A stretch of 64,000 nucleotides of DNA from Kudoa neothunni. Its lineage: Eukaryota; Animalia; Cnidaria. Below are positions 13,789-27,545 of the stretch, piece after piece. The notes beneath the pieces were generated by a model, which saw nothing but the letters and a program-made list of their open reading frames with translations, searched no databases and was not told where the DNA came from. The position numbers were made by a program, and so were the translations under genes. Location of the stretch: NCBI GenBank assembly GCA_964304625.1, contig OZ199838.1:10187741-10251740 (forward strand), given 5' to 3'. The stretch's first letter is position 1; each line of letters opens with the position of its first letter.

Positions 13789-16274
13789 ATGAATAGTACT
13801 TGGTTTGATAACCGGTGAGTTGGTTATTTAAAAATGTTCTATACAACCACACTTATCATATAAATGAGTAATAAACTAATATTGTTTACTTTTAGAAATC
13901 TCAATCCAACCAAGGTATGCTATCTCCAATCTTATTATGGCTATCAATAGCAGATCGTAAAATCAATGAATTAGGTGGAAGAGAAAATTTCTCAAATAAC
14001 CTACATTTTCTTCATATTAATACCATGTGCTGTGCTGATTATAACTATACCAACATTGTAGTTAATTTAAATAGAAAATATTCTTAATTCACGTTTAGAT
14101 ATTGTATAAAGTATAAAAGATTGGATAAAGAATACGTCCCATTGTACATAAGGTAGGTACCATTTGATTGTTGCGTTTAATGATATAAAATTTGTAGTGA
14201 TATCATTCAAAGTCCATTGGAGACACCAGACAGTTTTATAATGGCCTTTATATGTGTTATGTGCTGTAGATAGTTTATTTTAAGATGGTTAGTAAAAAGG
14301 TTATTATATAGTATTGATAGTGGTCGAACGAAGATTTTTTCAAAGCTTAACACTAGGAATAAATTACATTTTTTCCGTTGTAACCTGTTTCATTGGTCAA
14401 TTAGGATTTGGTTGTATTCCGTTAGTTTTATTTTTTCCAGTATCCATGTATGATTAAACATTTTTTAATTTTAATCTATTTTAGAATAAGAAATATATTA
14501 TTTTTCATCATATTTTTGCATTCGTAGTGTTTTTACTTATGAACTTGTATTTTATTTTCAACTGGAAAATATTTCATTTCGTTCGTGGGAAAGATCCACA
14601 AAAAGATTCATATATAGTTTTTTTTGTGGCGAGATTGATTTTAGCAATCATTCTTTCAATCTCTCTTGTTGTGGTTATAATAAGTAACACCTTCTTAGAA
14701 TAATTTTTTTACTTGGATAAATTCAGACTATTTTATGTATATCTACAGTGTTGGTAGAGTATCAAGTCATCATGAGTTGAAATCGTAACGATTGTATTAA
14801 TATCTATTTTAATTATACACGTTCTAAGGTTGATACGAATTCTAACGTCAGCTACCAGCTCATGTGAATACGTAATGGTGAGCTGTTACATTCTAAGTGT
14901 TTTGTTATTTGTACCAGAATTTATTTTTCTCGAAAAGAAAACCAGGTATATTTAAATATATAGTACTCGTCATTATTTTAATGTTTTTAAATAGGGATTT
15001 TATTGTACAAAATATACCGGAAACGAATAAAGTCCCTTTTTTGTTATATTTTTATTTTAAAGATGCTATTAGTTTTTAAAAATTATTTTGGGCTACTATC
15101 CAATAATAAACTGTCTTTGTGTTTGTATTTTGAGACTATCAAGTCTTATTTGCGTGTAATATTTTTATTCAACGAAATTATTATTTATTAGAATTAGTGT
15201 ATTCATGGCTTATCCAATCATAGCTTCAGATTATCCACTTGTACGATCGATAGAGTAAATTTTGTCGAAGTGACTGTAAGTTATAATACTTAAATAGAGA
15301 TCTAATTGTTGATATGGATTTTAACAGTGCTTTCTATTCGCTCTTTTACATCTCATCTATTTTCAGTATTATGATTGATAAACTAATTCTGTTTATATAT
15401 TTGCATGATGATATTTAGGTATTTTAACCATCAGAAATCAGAGTTATCTGCTTGTTATCGAAAAGTTCAACAAAAAAGTTATCTATTTATATAACTTTTT
15501 GGGAGTAGTATATGTGGTTTCGTGCTTTTCGTTTTACATACTCTCTGTAAATTTGGCTCGTTAGTTTTATTGTAATCGTTAATTTAGAACAAAATTTTTG
15601 CAACCGAACGAATAGTGTTCCTTGTATTGTTCAACTTTTCTCATCTCTCGGCAATTTCACTATGGACAATTATTCGAATCATTCAAGGTCAACACAATAA
15701 TCGTTTAACTACTCACAAAATGGGATTTTATGGAGGGAAAATTGTAATAAATCTGTGCGTTTTTGTATGCGTAATACTAAATTTTGCAGGTAAGAAATTT
15801 AATATTCTTTATCTAAATATCAAAATTATATTATTACTCAAATCAATACTATACCCTATTCTTTAATATTTGATATTTTGATTACAATATTTTCATATAA
15901 ATATATAATTAAATTATTACTCGGATCGATATCTTATTATATTTTGTAAAGTCTGATATTTTTTATAAATAATGGATTGTAAACAACCAATAACCGAATT
16001 ATAATTCATTTTAAACACGATTCTTGTAATAAAATGCTTCTTTAATCTAGATTAATTTAGTTCTTTTGAAGATAGCGCATACTGGTGTAATTATTGAGAA
16101 GAATCAAGTAATACCTACTTGAAACTTCAAATTACATATTTTTAGGTGCTAAATTATGTCAAAATTTACAATGTTGTATCATGGATACATTTTATTATGC
16201 TTACCATCGACCATGGATACAATGCTATAGAATTTGTACTGTGTAAACAACTGGTTGTAGTCCCCCTGAATTGA
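13789..16274 (+). CDS. DRAM/TMEM150 (Frag1/Sfk1) family membrane protein with two tandem domains
   Basis: The spliced product has DRAM-type motifs VPLYISD..., IFHHIFAFVVF...Y, ARLILA and SSCEYVMV...FVPEF. It continues in frame into a second, divergent multi-TM unit ending in TGA at 16272-16274. The start codon is tentative. Confidence 0.75.
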
Positions 16275-17016
16275 GACAAGTTGAGTCATTTTTAACGTAA
16301 CTACCTGTTTCTGTATTTCCAGTCCATATATATATATCTCAATTAAGGGATATTTTTGCTTCTGATTTTTTTATTATTTTTATCTCCAAAAACTCATCGC
16401 TAAATTTATTTTACACTAAGTAAATATATGCACTATTTAAATAATATCCAATATAAAAATATAATAAAGTTATGAAGTATGTTATATAACAATTTATAAT
16501 AATTTGATGTGGAAAATATATCACAATCCAAAATTTAATATCCTCATATATATTTAAATATTTATATAAACAAATTTTTACAGATGCTTTAATAATATTA
16601 AAAATTCAAAGTAATTATTATTTTAAAATAAATAAGTACAATAGAAATTTCGGCCGTTTATTTCTTCAAAATAGAGAGACGCCGTTCTTTCAAATTGATC
16701 AGATTAGGATTTGAAGAAAATTTAGAACACATTTAATTTTAAATTTATATCACTTTATGTTCTTATTTTATTACTATCATAACTGTAAACAATAGAATGC
16801 AAAAAAGACGAAAAAAATGTCGTTATTCAGATGCCACAAATTTTATCATTGCCATCCATTAATCAATTAAAAAACAAACCTTATAAAATTTTAATATTTT
16901 TAATAATTTAATTAATCTTCCACAAGTTTTGCTGAAAAATAACCACGATCAAATTATTAAGCAAAAAAAGTAATAATTTAGTCTTACGACATTCGAATTT
17001 AATTCAGTTATATGAG

Positions 17017-19697
17017 TCAAATCTTTATTGTTGGATAGTCCACCAAACTAGCACTACAACGAAAAGCATGATCAGTATACTCGATGGATAAATAGTATCC
17101 CAACTACAAAGTTAAAGATTATATTTTTTCTCAACAAAAATCAAACAAAATACAATATCTAGGGCTATTCTGGTGTGGTCTTCTTTAGAGCAGCTACTAT
17201 CTGCACAAAATCAATATCTGGCGTAACTTAAGCGAAATACTTAATGTGGTGTCGGCTTTAGAAGTTATTTGTTCGATTATATTTTTTTCTGGCAGATTTG
17301 TGTAAGTGCCATCATGATGTGTTTCTAACAAAGTGCTATAATCGTAAAAGTCATCCAGAAAATTACTTATTCCGGTGACAATCCAACGGTTTAGGGTCGG
17401 TTCAAGCTTTGCGATGAGTGACTGGGTGAAAATATCAGGATAACGATGACTAACAACATCCAACAGCAATTTAAGAGAATGATGTTCCACTTTACCGTTG
17501 TCCCTTGTATATAGAAAAACGAAATAAGCTTTTGTCTCCAAGGAAACGATTACTTATATGTTAAAACTTGGTCGTGAGACCTTAAAATTATTTTAACAGG
17601 ACCAGCATATCTAAAATAAACCGCGTATAAAATAAAGTACAGATTTTATTGATAACACTTTTTTAATACGTTCGAATTGTATAAAGCAAAATATTTAGGC
17701 ATGCAGTGTTCTATCATATATTCTGATAGCAAGATTAGTTTAAAATTTGAACAACGATGTGATTACTTAACGAAGGAAACTTGGTTAACGCCACATGATG
17801 AACACTTGAAAACGTAGCATCTAGTATCTATAAGCAGAAAGAAAATATAATAAGTTTTCCTTAATCACAATTGATACCAAACACTTGACATTGTTGTATT
17901 TGGAAGCAGCATAGCAACTAGGATAACCACCTAAAGGAAGTCAAGTTCGCAACAAAGAAACTGTATGCAATGTTAACTACCAATCGACCATCCTAGAAGA
18001 ACAATATCTTCTTCATTGAATCCCAGATAATTTATGGCGTAATCCATAATTGACATAATGGAGGATTCGATATGTGACGAGAAAGGTATTCCCTGTTTGA
18101 GAGATGTAATTTAGGAAACAGATTATCTTAATGAATTTGTGTGTACTCACTTTACTTTCCGCGAAACCAGGTTGATTCCAACCAAGACAAGAATAGCTTG
18201 TTGCTAAAAGTAATCCGTATAAGCTACTAGAAAAATCCCACCACAAACATACATAGTAATACACTATGAAATGCTCCTATTTCATAAAAGCTCGCATTTC
18301 CCTCTGATATTATAAACTAAATAAAGATAATTAAAATAAAGAGAAAATTGGCAAAGTAATTAAATCAACAGCTTAATAAAACTAGGAACTAAATATTACT
18401 AAAATTTTTCCAGAATCATTTGAAGTGGTTCGTCTGTCAACAAACGCAGTATCAAGCAAGTCATCTGTGTGGGTTGCAATCAGCATACGGAATAGTTTCT
18501 AGAAAAATTTCATCAAATTGTACGTAAATACTCGAATACGTTGGAATGTTGAATATTAATTCTTCCTCGAACTAAACTACATCCTAAAATTGAATTCATA
18601 TGTTTATGTAATAAGTCAATGACCATTATATACTAAATATGTATAAAATTTAAGGGAAATGATATAAAAATAACTCAATGAAAGATCATTTAAACAGAAA
18701 ATTTCATCATTTACCATATTAATATTAAATGTTTTATAAGTTTAATTAAAAAGTATAAAACTTTACATAATTAACAAAAAATATGTATTTAATAATACGA
18801 GCAGAATAAATTACCAAGAATTATTCGTATAATAAACCCCACACCCGGGTAAATCAGAGGGATCCCAATGTAGTAGGCAAACAGAAATCTATTACTGGAG
18901 ATAAAAATAATCTACATCACAAAATTTTACGTTATAGCAACCAATAAAGAATTATCTGAATGGTTCGATTGGTTGGTTTTGATATCTGAAACAGTGGGAT
19001 GGTATTTTAGGGGCCAGTACTGCATGTTGATATCGTATTGATTGAGTTTCTCGATGCATTTTCTCAATTTCAGATCGCTCATCTATACATATACATCATT
19101 AAACTATCATTTGATATAAAAACGATTACAATATAACCGTAATCGTAGGATCGTTGAAGTTGATCTATTAGTGAAAATAAGTGAGCTAACTTTTGATGTC
19201 GAATATTGTGTTTAATTGACAGTCCTACAAAGGAAAATTACTACAACGTAGCCAAATGATAACCTACGTCGACAGAGGCAGAGTAATAAATAAAAAAAAT
19301 TATAGGTGACGACCATTTTTAACATTGTACTCAAATGAACTCCTATTAGTAGTGATTAAAGAAAACTGTTGGTAAATCTATCACCTTTTATCCAAGCATA
19401 TATACCAAAAAGTATAAATGTTCTTTTAAAAAAGCCATCAATCGTATCCAACTTCATAACATTAAAAAGTAATCCAATAAATGATATTATACCAAATATT
19501 TAACCACATTGAAAATGTATTCCAGCAAGCCGTAAGAATAAGTTTTCCCCTAGTTATTCGATTAGATGTGAAGATAAACAGAAAAAACTTTATAAGAATA
19601 TATCAAAACGCCATATAAACTAGAATAGTCGATCAAACTCAACATCATCTCACAGTTTCACAGGAAGGTTTAAAATGGAGTGATGTTGTTTACGCAT
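17017..19697 (-). CDS. ABHD16A: Phosphatidylserine lipase ABHD16A (BAT5)
   Basis: Motifs YDINMQYWP, LIYPG, ISEGNASFYEIG, YSCLGWNQPGFAESKGIPF, nucleophile elbow LLGWSIGG, HRYP, and a C-terminal TDH with the putative catalytic His. Confidence 0.92.
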
Positions 19698-21415
19698 GTT
19701 CACATCCAGTAAAGTGGATTATATCTATTTTTAATCCATCTTAGAAAATATTTCTAAATTGTACAACTGCTTAAAATAAATGATATTATACTTTATCGTG
19801 GCGAATAGTAATATTTTTATCATTTTTACACTACAAAATTAATTAATATTTACACCCCGCAAATAAAATTGGTTACTTTATAAGGGCTGAATTGATTTAT
19901 TTGATAAATTTACATATTTTATTTCAATTTTTTAATAAAATTTGTAAATTACCTTTTCAATAAGACATAAAATTTTTGATGTAAACATCGAAATTTCTGG
20001 ACGATCAATATTAAAGGATTTTAGCATTAAAATAACAAAAAATTTATATTAATTTATGTCGACAAATAAATTGTTTAATAATTATAGACAAAAAAATTTT
20101 AGACTAACAGCTCAAATTTAGTTTATTATAATGGTTTAACTTTTGGTTTTATAATAAAGATTAATATATTTCAAGTGTAGTAAAATTATTCTTAATATGT
20201 ATTTTATCAACAGAATTTCATGAGAATGTTAACCTCATTTAAGTTATTAAATAAATCCCATATGGGAATTATTTAGAACGAATAAACAAAGATAATTGTG
20301 TCTGAAGTGATAGGATCATTATTATTACTATTACAAACATGACCTAATGTCAGGAGTGCTTCTTTATATGATTAGAGATGAAAATTGTTTTTGTTGAAGC
20401 CTTGAATTAAAAACAAATTTATTGATTAGTTTTTAACATCAAGTTGAGTTATTTATTGAAAAAACGTGATTTTCTCTTGGCCGTCAAATATTCTTTTGAT
20501 CAACATCAACCTGCAGGTAAAGCTCCCTGTGAATTTGCTAACTGTTAAATAATTGATGAGAAACTAAAACCCTGGTCTTAGCCATTAATAAATGGTATTA
20601 CAGTAGGTGACCGATAGTACGCATTTTCATTAATATGACGTATTCAAAATTTACATTAGATGATACGTTTTATAATATCTTTATGATTGTAAAAAGACAA
20701 AAGTCTTTAAAATATTTTTGAATTAAACTAGGAAGTTACAAATCTGTTGCATCACGTGACTAACAAATAATACGCATTATTTCCGACTAAACCACATAGA
20801 TTTTATTTTTGTTTATTGAAAACAAGGACAAAATTTAAATTTTAACAGTTCAATTTTTGTAGGAATATTAGAAATAATGTAAGATATTCAAAAATGTATC
20901 TAAAAGCACAATAATAGTCGTTATTAGACAGTTTACAGTACACGCTGTATCCAAATTAAATAAGGTGAACTTTTTAGGTAAAAGGATAAAAACTTTTTCA
21001 AACGGTGCCAAAAATAAATAAAAACAAAATAGTATTTATAATTTCACAGAACTGATTGTTAACTAAATTTTATCCCAATGTAAAACGATACAAATATTTT
21101 ATCAACAAATGATATAAACAAAATTTACAAATTGATTATCAGCCGAATAATCTTAATAATGTACATTTATTTATTCATTCTAATATTCAAAAAATTGTAT
21201 TACTCATGCTGAAAAATAAAGAAAACACGAATACAAATAAATGCGCTATCGTTTTAACTCCATACTATCGGCTGCAGCCAGGGTGTCCAATGAGATTATC
21301 ATAAAAAACTCAAGATTGCAAAGGAGCATAATAATATTATTTAATCAGCAAGAATTCTTATTTTAAACGCGTTTTATAATTATTTTCGTCATTTAAATCG
21401 TCTTCTTCACATCCC

Positions 21416-21708
21416 TCAGTTAACATGTTCGGTCCATTTTTTCAAGAGTTCAAGGTAGCGTTTGCTCATAGCATCGCTGCTTACATCATGCATTAGTTTA
21501 TTTGTTGGATGCCACGTCAAACACGTATTATTGTTTCTTCTGATCAATTGCTTTGCGAATGGTTTACATTTCACGACAACTGTTCTAAACCTTTCTTCCT
21601 TGCGGACCCCTAATGTGGTCAGTAAACTTCTCATGGACCCTCTCTGGTTTTAATGCATAATCCAATCATACATATAAATATTTTGACCCTTACGTTCCCA
21701 TTGTTCAT
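21416..21708 (-). CDS. Small spliced ORF of unknown function (about 80 aa)
   Basis: ATG AAC AAT GGG AAC|GTAAG...CAG|AGA GGG TCC ATG AGA... stays open to TGA at 21416. No recognised domain. Confidence 0.3.
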
Positions 21709-22767
21709 TTCAATGGACGGATAAAAACAATTTAAAATTATTGTTAAATCATTTATCTTAAAAAAATAAAATTCAAATTGTATAAGATTTTAATATTAAT
21801 ATTAATTTAATCTAAAAAAATTATTGATTCAAACAAAAAAATTAGGAACGAACGAATCAACTTAAATTATTTATCTAATATCCTCAATTTTACTAAAATA
21901 TTTATTATTTAAATTAATTAGATAGCAGGTTTTTTAATATATATTAAAAATATTTAATAACCAAGACATAAAATATTTTTGATCATAAAATAATTAATTA
22001 ACAACTAGGAAATCCATCCCTGGAAATTATTTAGAAATTACTGGAACTCTGACCAAGTATAGACAATGACGCATAATATTTAAAATAAAAAATTCAATGA
22101 AATTTGTTGAATTATTATGTACACATGTGTGAATGTATAAAAGAAAATCCGCGAGAAATTTCTAAGTGAAAACCGTTCTTATAATGATCAAAATATTTTC
22201 TCCATATAAAATATCTATTCTTGTTACCTATATGTTATTAAAATAGAGTTAATAAAGGTGGGGTTATTATATAATAGAAGGCGCGATAAATGCAAAAAAC
22301 CAATTTATTATATAAATAATAGACATGTAAAAAATATTCAACGAGATTTTTGTAGTTTCTTTTTATCAATAAATTTACAGAATTCTGACGGTGTTTAAAT
22401 GAGCAACGCGCATATAAGTGATTTCGTGAGTTGGTTTCTATGGTGACCAGCAAGGAAATCTAGTTTCGCAATAATAGGCAGTTGTAAAAGGAGTAATCAT
22501 TCCAATTGAATAGTCAGCAACATTAAGAAATATTATTTGGATATTGTAAGTTTTAGCAAATAACTAACTGAATAACTTTTGTTTTTATAGATATTTTTAC
22601 GAAATAAATTATAGCACGAGGAAATTTTATAACAAAAATAAAATTTTTATAAAAAAAAATAACACAAGAGTAAATTTCAAATTTTTACTAATTATGCTAA
22701 TGTTAAAAAATAACTAATTCGAATGAATGTATGACAATAAAATTGGATTCAGATTATATTGAAATCA

Positions 22768-22812
22768 TTCACGGACCCCTTAGGGGTCCGTGAACCCCAG
22801 ATTAAGAATCGC
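22768..22812. repeat. Perfect 13-bp palindrome with a hAT-Charlie terminal remnant
   Basis: TTCACGGACCCCT-T-AGGGGTCCGTGAA followed by CCCCAGATTAAGAATCGC, typical of Charlie-type subterminal palindromes and ends. Confidence 0.6.
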
Positions 22813-23618
22813 TTCTTTACGGCATTTGCAGTAGCCAGAATTGCCTACCTTAGCATCTTAATAAAGCCAATCTTTAAAATCTTCTATTTTTAACCAATCT
22901 TGATTGAAGCACATTATACCACGCCCTTTTTTTAGCTCCACTTGAATTTTCAATAGTACTTTAAAATAATACACGTCTATACCTTCAAAATATATTATTC
23001 CAAAAAAACTAGAAAAATTTTAAGAACAAGTTATTATACCCAAATACAGTTAGAGACAAATAAGAATAATTGATTAAATAACAATTATCCCAGGATCGGA
23101 AAACAGCATGTTGTCGACGATAATGATATCTTTTTAAAACTTCGTAAAAATTTAATTCTCTTCATTACTAAAAAATTAAATATGATTATTATATAATTCT
23201 AATACTTATTATTTATAAGCTGGTATCAAGGAATTCAATAATCTACAATTTTTATAAATAAAAACCCAAAACTTAGATGAAGGTAAAAAACCCCCAAGGT
23301 TTGGACGCCCTGGTTACAACGTTTAGTACGCACTTTTTTGGACCGTCCCGAGGGGTTTACGTACTATCGGTTATCAAGTGTACCATGTTTCTCGATCATA
23401 AAACCTACTCTGAAAATAAGACCTAATGATGTTTTTGAGCCAGTTTTTAGTATAAGACCTAATAAAATACTCGAAATCAAAATATTCTGAATTATATAAC
23501 AAAGAATTTCTAACAATGTAATTCTGTTGGGTAGTTTATTACAAATTTTAAAGGTTAAGTTCTCATTAAACATTTAGGTTTTAGGGTTTGATTGCAATTT
23601 TTTCTTTATTTTTAAATA

Positions 23619-24022
23619 TAATGCAACCTCGGAGTTCGACCAAAAATTTTGAATCAGGAACACTTTTGAATTCGAACAAATATAAAAGATGTATTCAGCG
23701 AAAAAAGTATAGAAAAGAAATTTTAGAAGAAGATTTTCCCAATCAAATTGTGCGAACGCCATCGAATGAAAACCTTTTATAATCTATCGTACGACAACCA
23801 AACTATATTTATCCAATATTTCATTTTATCATTATATTTAATATTTATTGTTATATTTTATGAACGCAAGTTATGTGTTTTTTGTAAATAAGGATAGAGT
23901 TCTCATTAGTTTGAGCGCGGTAACGGATTAAACTAATTTTCATTATTCTGAACGGGAGAAAATCATTCGGAGTTCGAACACACTTCTAGAACGGATTATG
24001 CTCGAAGTCCGAGGTTGCACTG
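23619..24022. mobile_element. Tigger/pogo-type MITE, copy 1
   Basis: TIRs ..TGCAACCTCGGA / TCCGAGGTTGCACTG with TA flanks. Colinear with the copy at 35383-35800. Confidence 0.85.
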
Positions 24023-26056
24023 TATAAGATAAAAATATCTATAAAATTCAATTTTCCACATCATATTTCTTTCAATTCAATATCAATCGGTTTATTTAAC
24101 AGGACGTTTTTTCGGTACTATTATGAGCTAAATATTACATAGGAAGTTTTGTCAGTTACATATATAAAACTTAATTCCATTGTTAAAGAAATATAACGCC
24201 TGTCTTAAATCGAGGAAAACGGCAGAAGTGTGCCTTTTCGACCTTAACTCTGAAACTCGTAGGTTCAATACACTGGTTAATAGAAGTAGAGTCGTAGTTT
24301 GTAAGTTGTGCATCCTCACTCAAATCAGACTCCCTTCTATTAGAAATGATACACTGAATTCACATTCAGTTTTGAAGACCATGAAATAATAAATGATTAA
24401 TTTATAAAAAATGAATTACTTGATTGGACATCCTATAATATAAGTTTTTTTCATTTTATGATTGAAAAAAATTATACCGTTCATGTATTTTTCTATCAGA
24501 TTATTTAAACATTATATTATCGAATAAAATTTTGTCCGAATATATTGTTTTATAAAATCCATTGACATTTCTTAAATTATATTATTGTATTTATTTTAGA
24601 TATTATTTTCTCAATTAAACAAGAAAAAGTATATTTTCTGAATTGATAACAATTTGCATGTGAACCTAATAGAAATTCAAAAACTAAAATTTTGAATTAT
24701 TTTCAATGCTTAAGAAGTAAAAAGTTTTAGATCAACTTTAAAAATTTGACTTTCACTGAGTCGCGGATAATAAGACAGAAGGTTGATTAATATATTATGC
24801 TTCATGTAGTGTAAGAGTTGAGTAAACAATTAATCTCTAATATATAATTAGTATTATATATTAAGAATTAAAAATAGGTAATTTATTACGGACAAATTTT
24901 CGTATATTAATTTAATATTTATATTTTTTTAAATAAATTGGGTATTAATTTGTTTAAAAACAAATCTTAAAATTCGAGTTCATAACAATAGATGTTATGC
25001 TTTGCAAGTGTATTGTGATAAACTGTAATTTCGTTCCTCAATGTTTACAGATAATAATTTCGGGGTAAAAAACTGCAAAAATATTAACTTTACAAACATC
25101 AACAATTCCATAATTGTTACAGTATTAATTCGTTTGCTCTGTAATGTGTTTACCCAAGATGATGATTAACAGGAATGTCTTTTATTATTGATTGTTAAAT
25201 TTCATTTCCGAACTTTACATAAGGTTATTAATTATGTGAAACTTGAATGGTGTTAAAATTCGTGTTTCTATAATAATACAGAGAGAATTCTAGAGTTTCT
25301 GCATGTGATATAATGACATTGGAATATTTTGGATTATTTCTTAAGTTATTTGTTTTTTGTTAAATTATAGATTTATTGTTCATTTTTTAAATTTTTTATT
25401 TTAATATGTTAATAAAATAGTTGATTGTTTTCAAAATACATAAAAATGAGTATAAATGCTTAGAGGATATTTATGAATGGTTTATAAATCTAACGATCGA
25501 CACATCGTAGAAATTATCAATATGGCTTTAAGGATTTTGCTTATGTTATTGTTTACATGTTTACATTTAAAAAATTTTAGTATTAAACTAAAATTTCAAA
25601 ATTATGTTTAATATAAAACCTCTGATTGACAATGGCCATAAAACGGTTATATCCATTAGATTTTATTCATGTTAATCTGTGCTATTAATAGTAGCACAGC
25701 AATTATGTAGTTCTTTTCAATGAATAACTATTTACTACACAAATATATCTCAGACTATTATACTTTCTAAAACATGATATCTTGATTTAATTTTATATAT
25801 GATATTCAATAGATCTTAAGTAAATCGATTACGATGGTTTAATTAAGCGGTTAAATAGACGTAAGAATTAAGGGCATGAAAACAAAGATCACAAAATAGT
25901 CATAGCTTTAATTTCACCGCAAAACTCAAAACATTAATTTGTAAAATTAATCTTGTTTTTTATCAATAATCAGAATATATAATAATAGATTAAAGGGATG
26001 TAGCGTTAGTCAGAAATTGTTTACTACAATATTATAGGATTACAGCAACCATAAGA

Positions 26057-27045
26057 ATGAGGATCATATACGTAAAACCGATTTCCCTGAGCAAGTTCCT
26101 ATAATAGAACCTAGGGTTTACCAATAGTTGGAGCAGCTGGATTGGGGATTATTTTTATAGCAGTTTTGCTTTTTCATATGGCCATTTTTTCAACGACCAC
26201 AGTGTGTGATACGCATAAACCGCCTGTGTTATGTGTGGGGATATTAGCTTCGTGCTTAAGATCTACTCCTAATGGTCCTTACATTTGCGACACGCGGAAC
26301 ACAATTTTCATGCAGACGAGTATATTTTAATATGGATATGTTCTTTCGTGAATCGGAATTTTTAAATTTTTCATAGAATATTTCAAATCATCATCAGCGA
26401 CTTCATATAGTAATCTTTTCATATTTGGATTATTTTCAAAAAAATCAACCTAAATAACGATTATCAATCTAACTTAATTAATACATATTTCACTTATTCT
26501 TTTTATCAGTAAATTGGTTAAATCGTGCACACCTTAAAAATTTGGCGATAAATTTATAACTTATGTATTTTTCAATAAATATTTAGAGGTAGGAGCTGGG
26601 CGTTACATATGGGCAAAATTCCCCCAAAATCTATGTATAGCCACACATAATTTATATTTATTAATCTAAAAATTTAGTTGCTTCGGGAAATCCAACTCAA
26701 GATAGAATTTCTGTTTTTGGCTTTTGTGTTGTTATTGCAATTATTATTGGAATAGTTGCAAGTATTCTATCAGTTCGTAGGGGCTATAAATACAAATACT
26801 TGAACTCAGTTTGGATCGCAACTAGTGATTACCTTAATTAACGACAGAACTAATGAATTTTAGACGTTGCATTTCTTATCTATTTAGCAATTGTTTCCCG
26901 TTTTGCTGCAAAAACTTCCGAGGATTCCTTTTTTACTCAGCTGTTACTTTCGCGGTACGGATTTTCAATGAGAGCATTATGGCTGGCGTGGGCGATGACT
27001 GTTATTGGCAGTGCCTTATATGTCTTTGCTGTCACTCAATTCTAG
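26057..27045 (+). CDS. Claudin/PMP22-superfamily four-TM protein, 6 exons, 209 aa
   Basis: Exons 26057-26071, 26115-26319, 26377-26409, 26587-26634, 26678-26824 and 26864-27045 total 630 nt. Four hydrophobic segments. ECL1 GILASC...C resembles the GLWxxC...C signature, and YGFSMRALWLAW precedes TM4. Confidence 0.8.
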
Positions 27046-27520
27046 TCACAAAATCTATATTATTTTATCCTATTAACTTTAAAATACATTTTCCCAATTA
27101 TTGAAAAATCTTGTTTCAAATAAAAGTGAAAATTAATTTTTAGCTCCAATAACTAACTGGTATTGATAAAAATAGCGTTATTATTTTTTTTCTACTGATT
27201 GTTTTTTATTAACTAGATAATAACATAAATTTATATTTTTGCTTTATGTAAATATTAGCTTATACATGCCAAAAGGATAATCATTAATGTTTTTGTAAGT
27301 AGTTCAACAAATATCTAATAAAGATTGTCATATTCTTTAAACTTTGCAATAATTAAAAATTTATCAGAATGAATATTTTTAGTGATATTAAAACAAATGC
27401 CGTTGAGCAAGATATATTAAGTCAATAATTAAAATCAACTACACTTATTGCATATTTTATATAACAAATACTGAAATTGAAGTTGACCATAAAAAATTCA
27501 CTTTCCAAATCTATATGTAC

Positions 27521-27545
27521 ATATATATATATATATATATATATA
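27521..27545. repeat. (AT)n microsatellite
   Basis: Directly visible run of AT dinucleotides. Confidence 0.9.

Larger units (their letters stand above)
21279..23312. mobile_element. Putative old hAT element of about 2 kb
   Basis: TIRs CAGGGTGTCCAA / TTGGACGCCCTG (11/12). Flanking 8-mers GCTGCAGC / GTTACAAC match 5/8 and all differences are transitions. AAAACCC-type subterminal repeats at the right end. Confidence 0.45.

Noticed and set aside
23364-23782. Three short ORFs
   Set aside because: They overlap MITE sequences.
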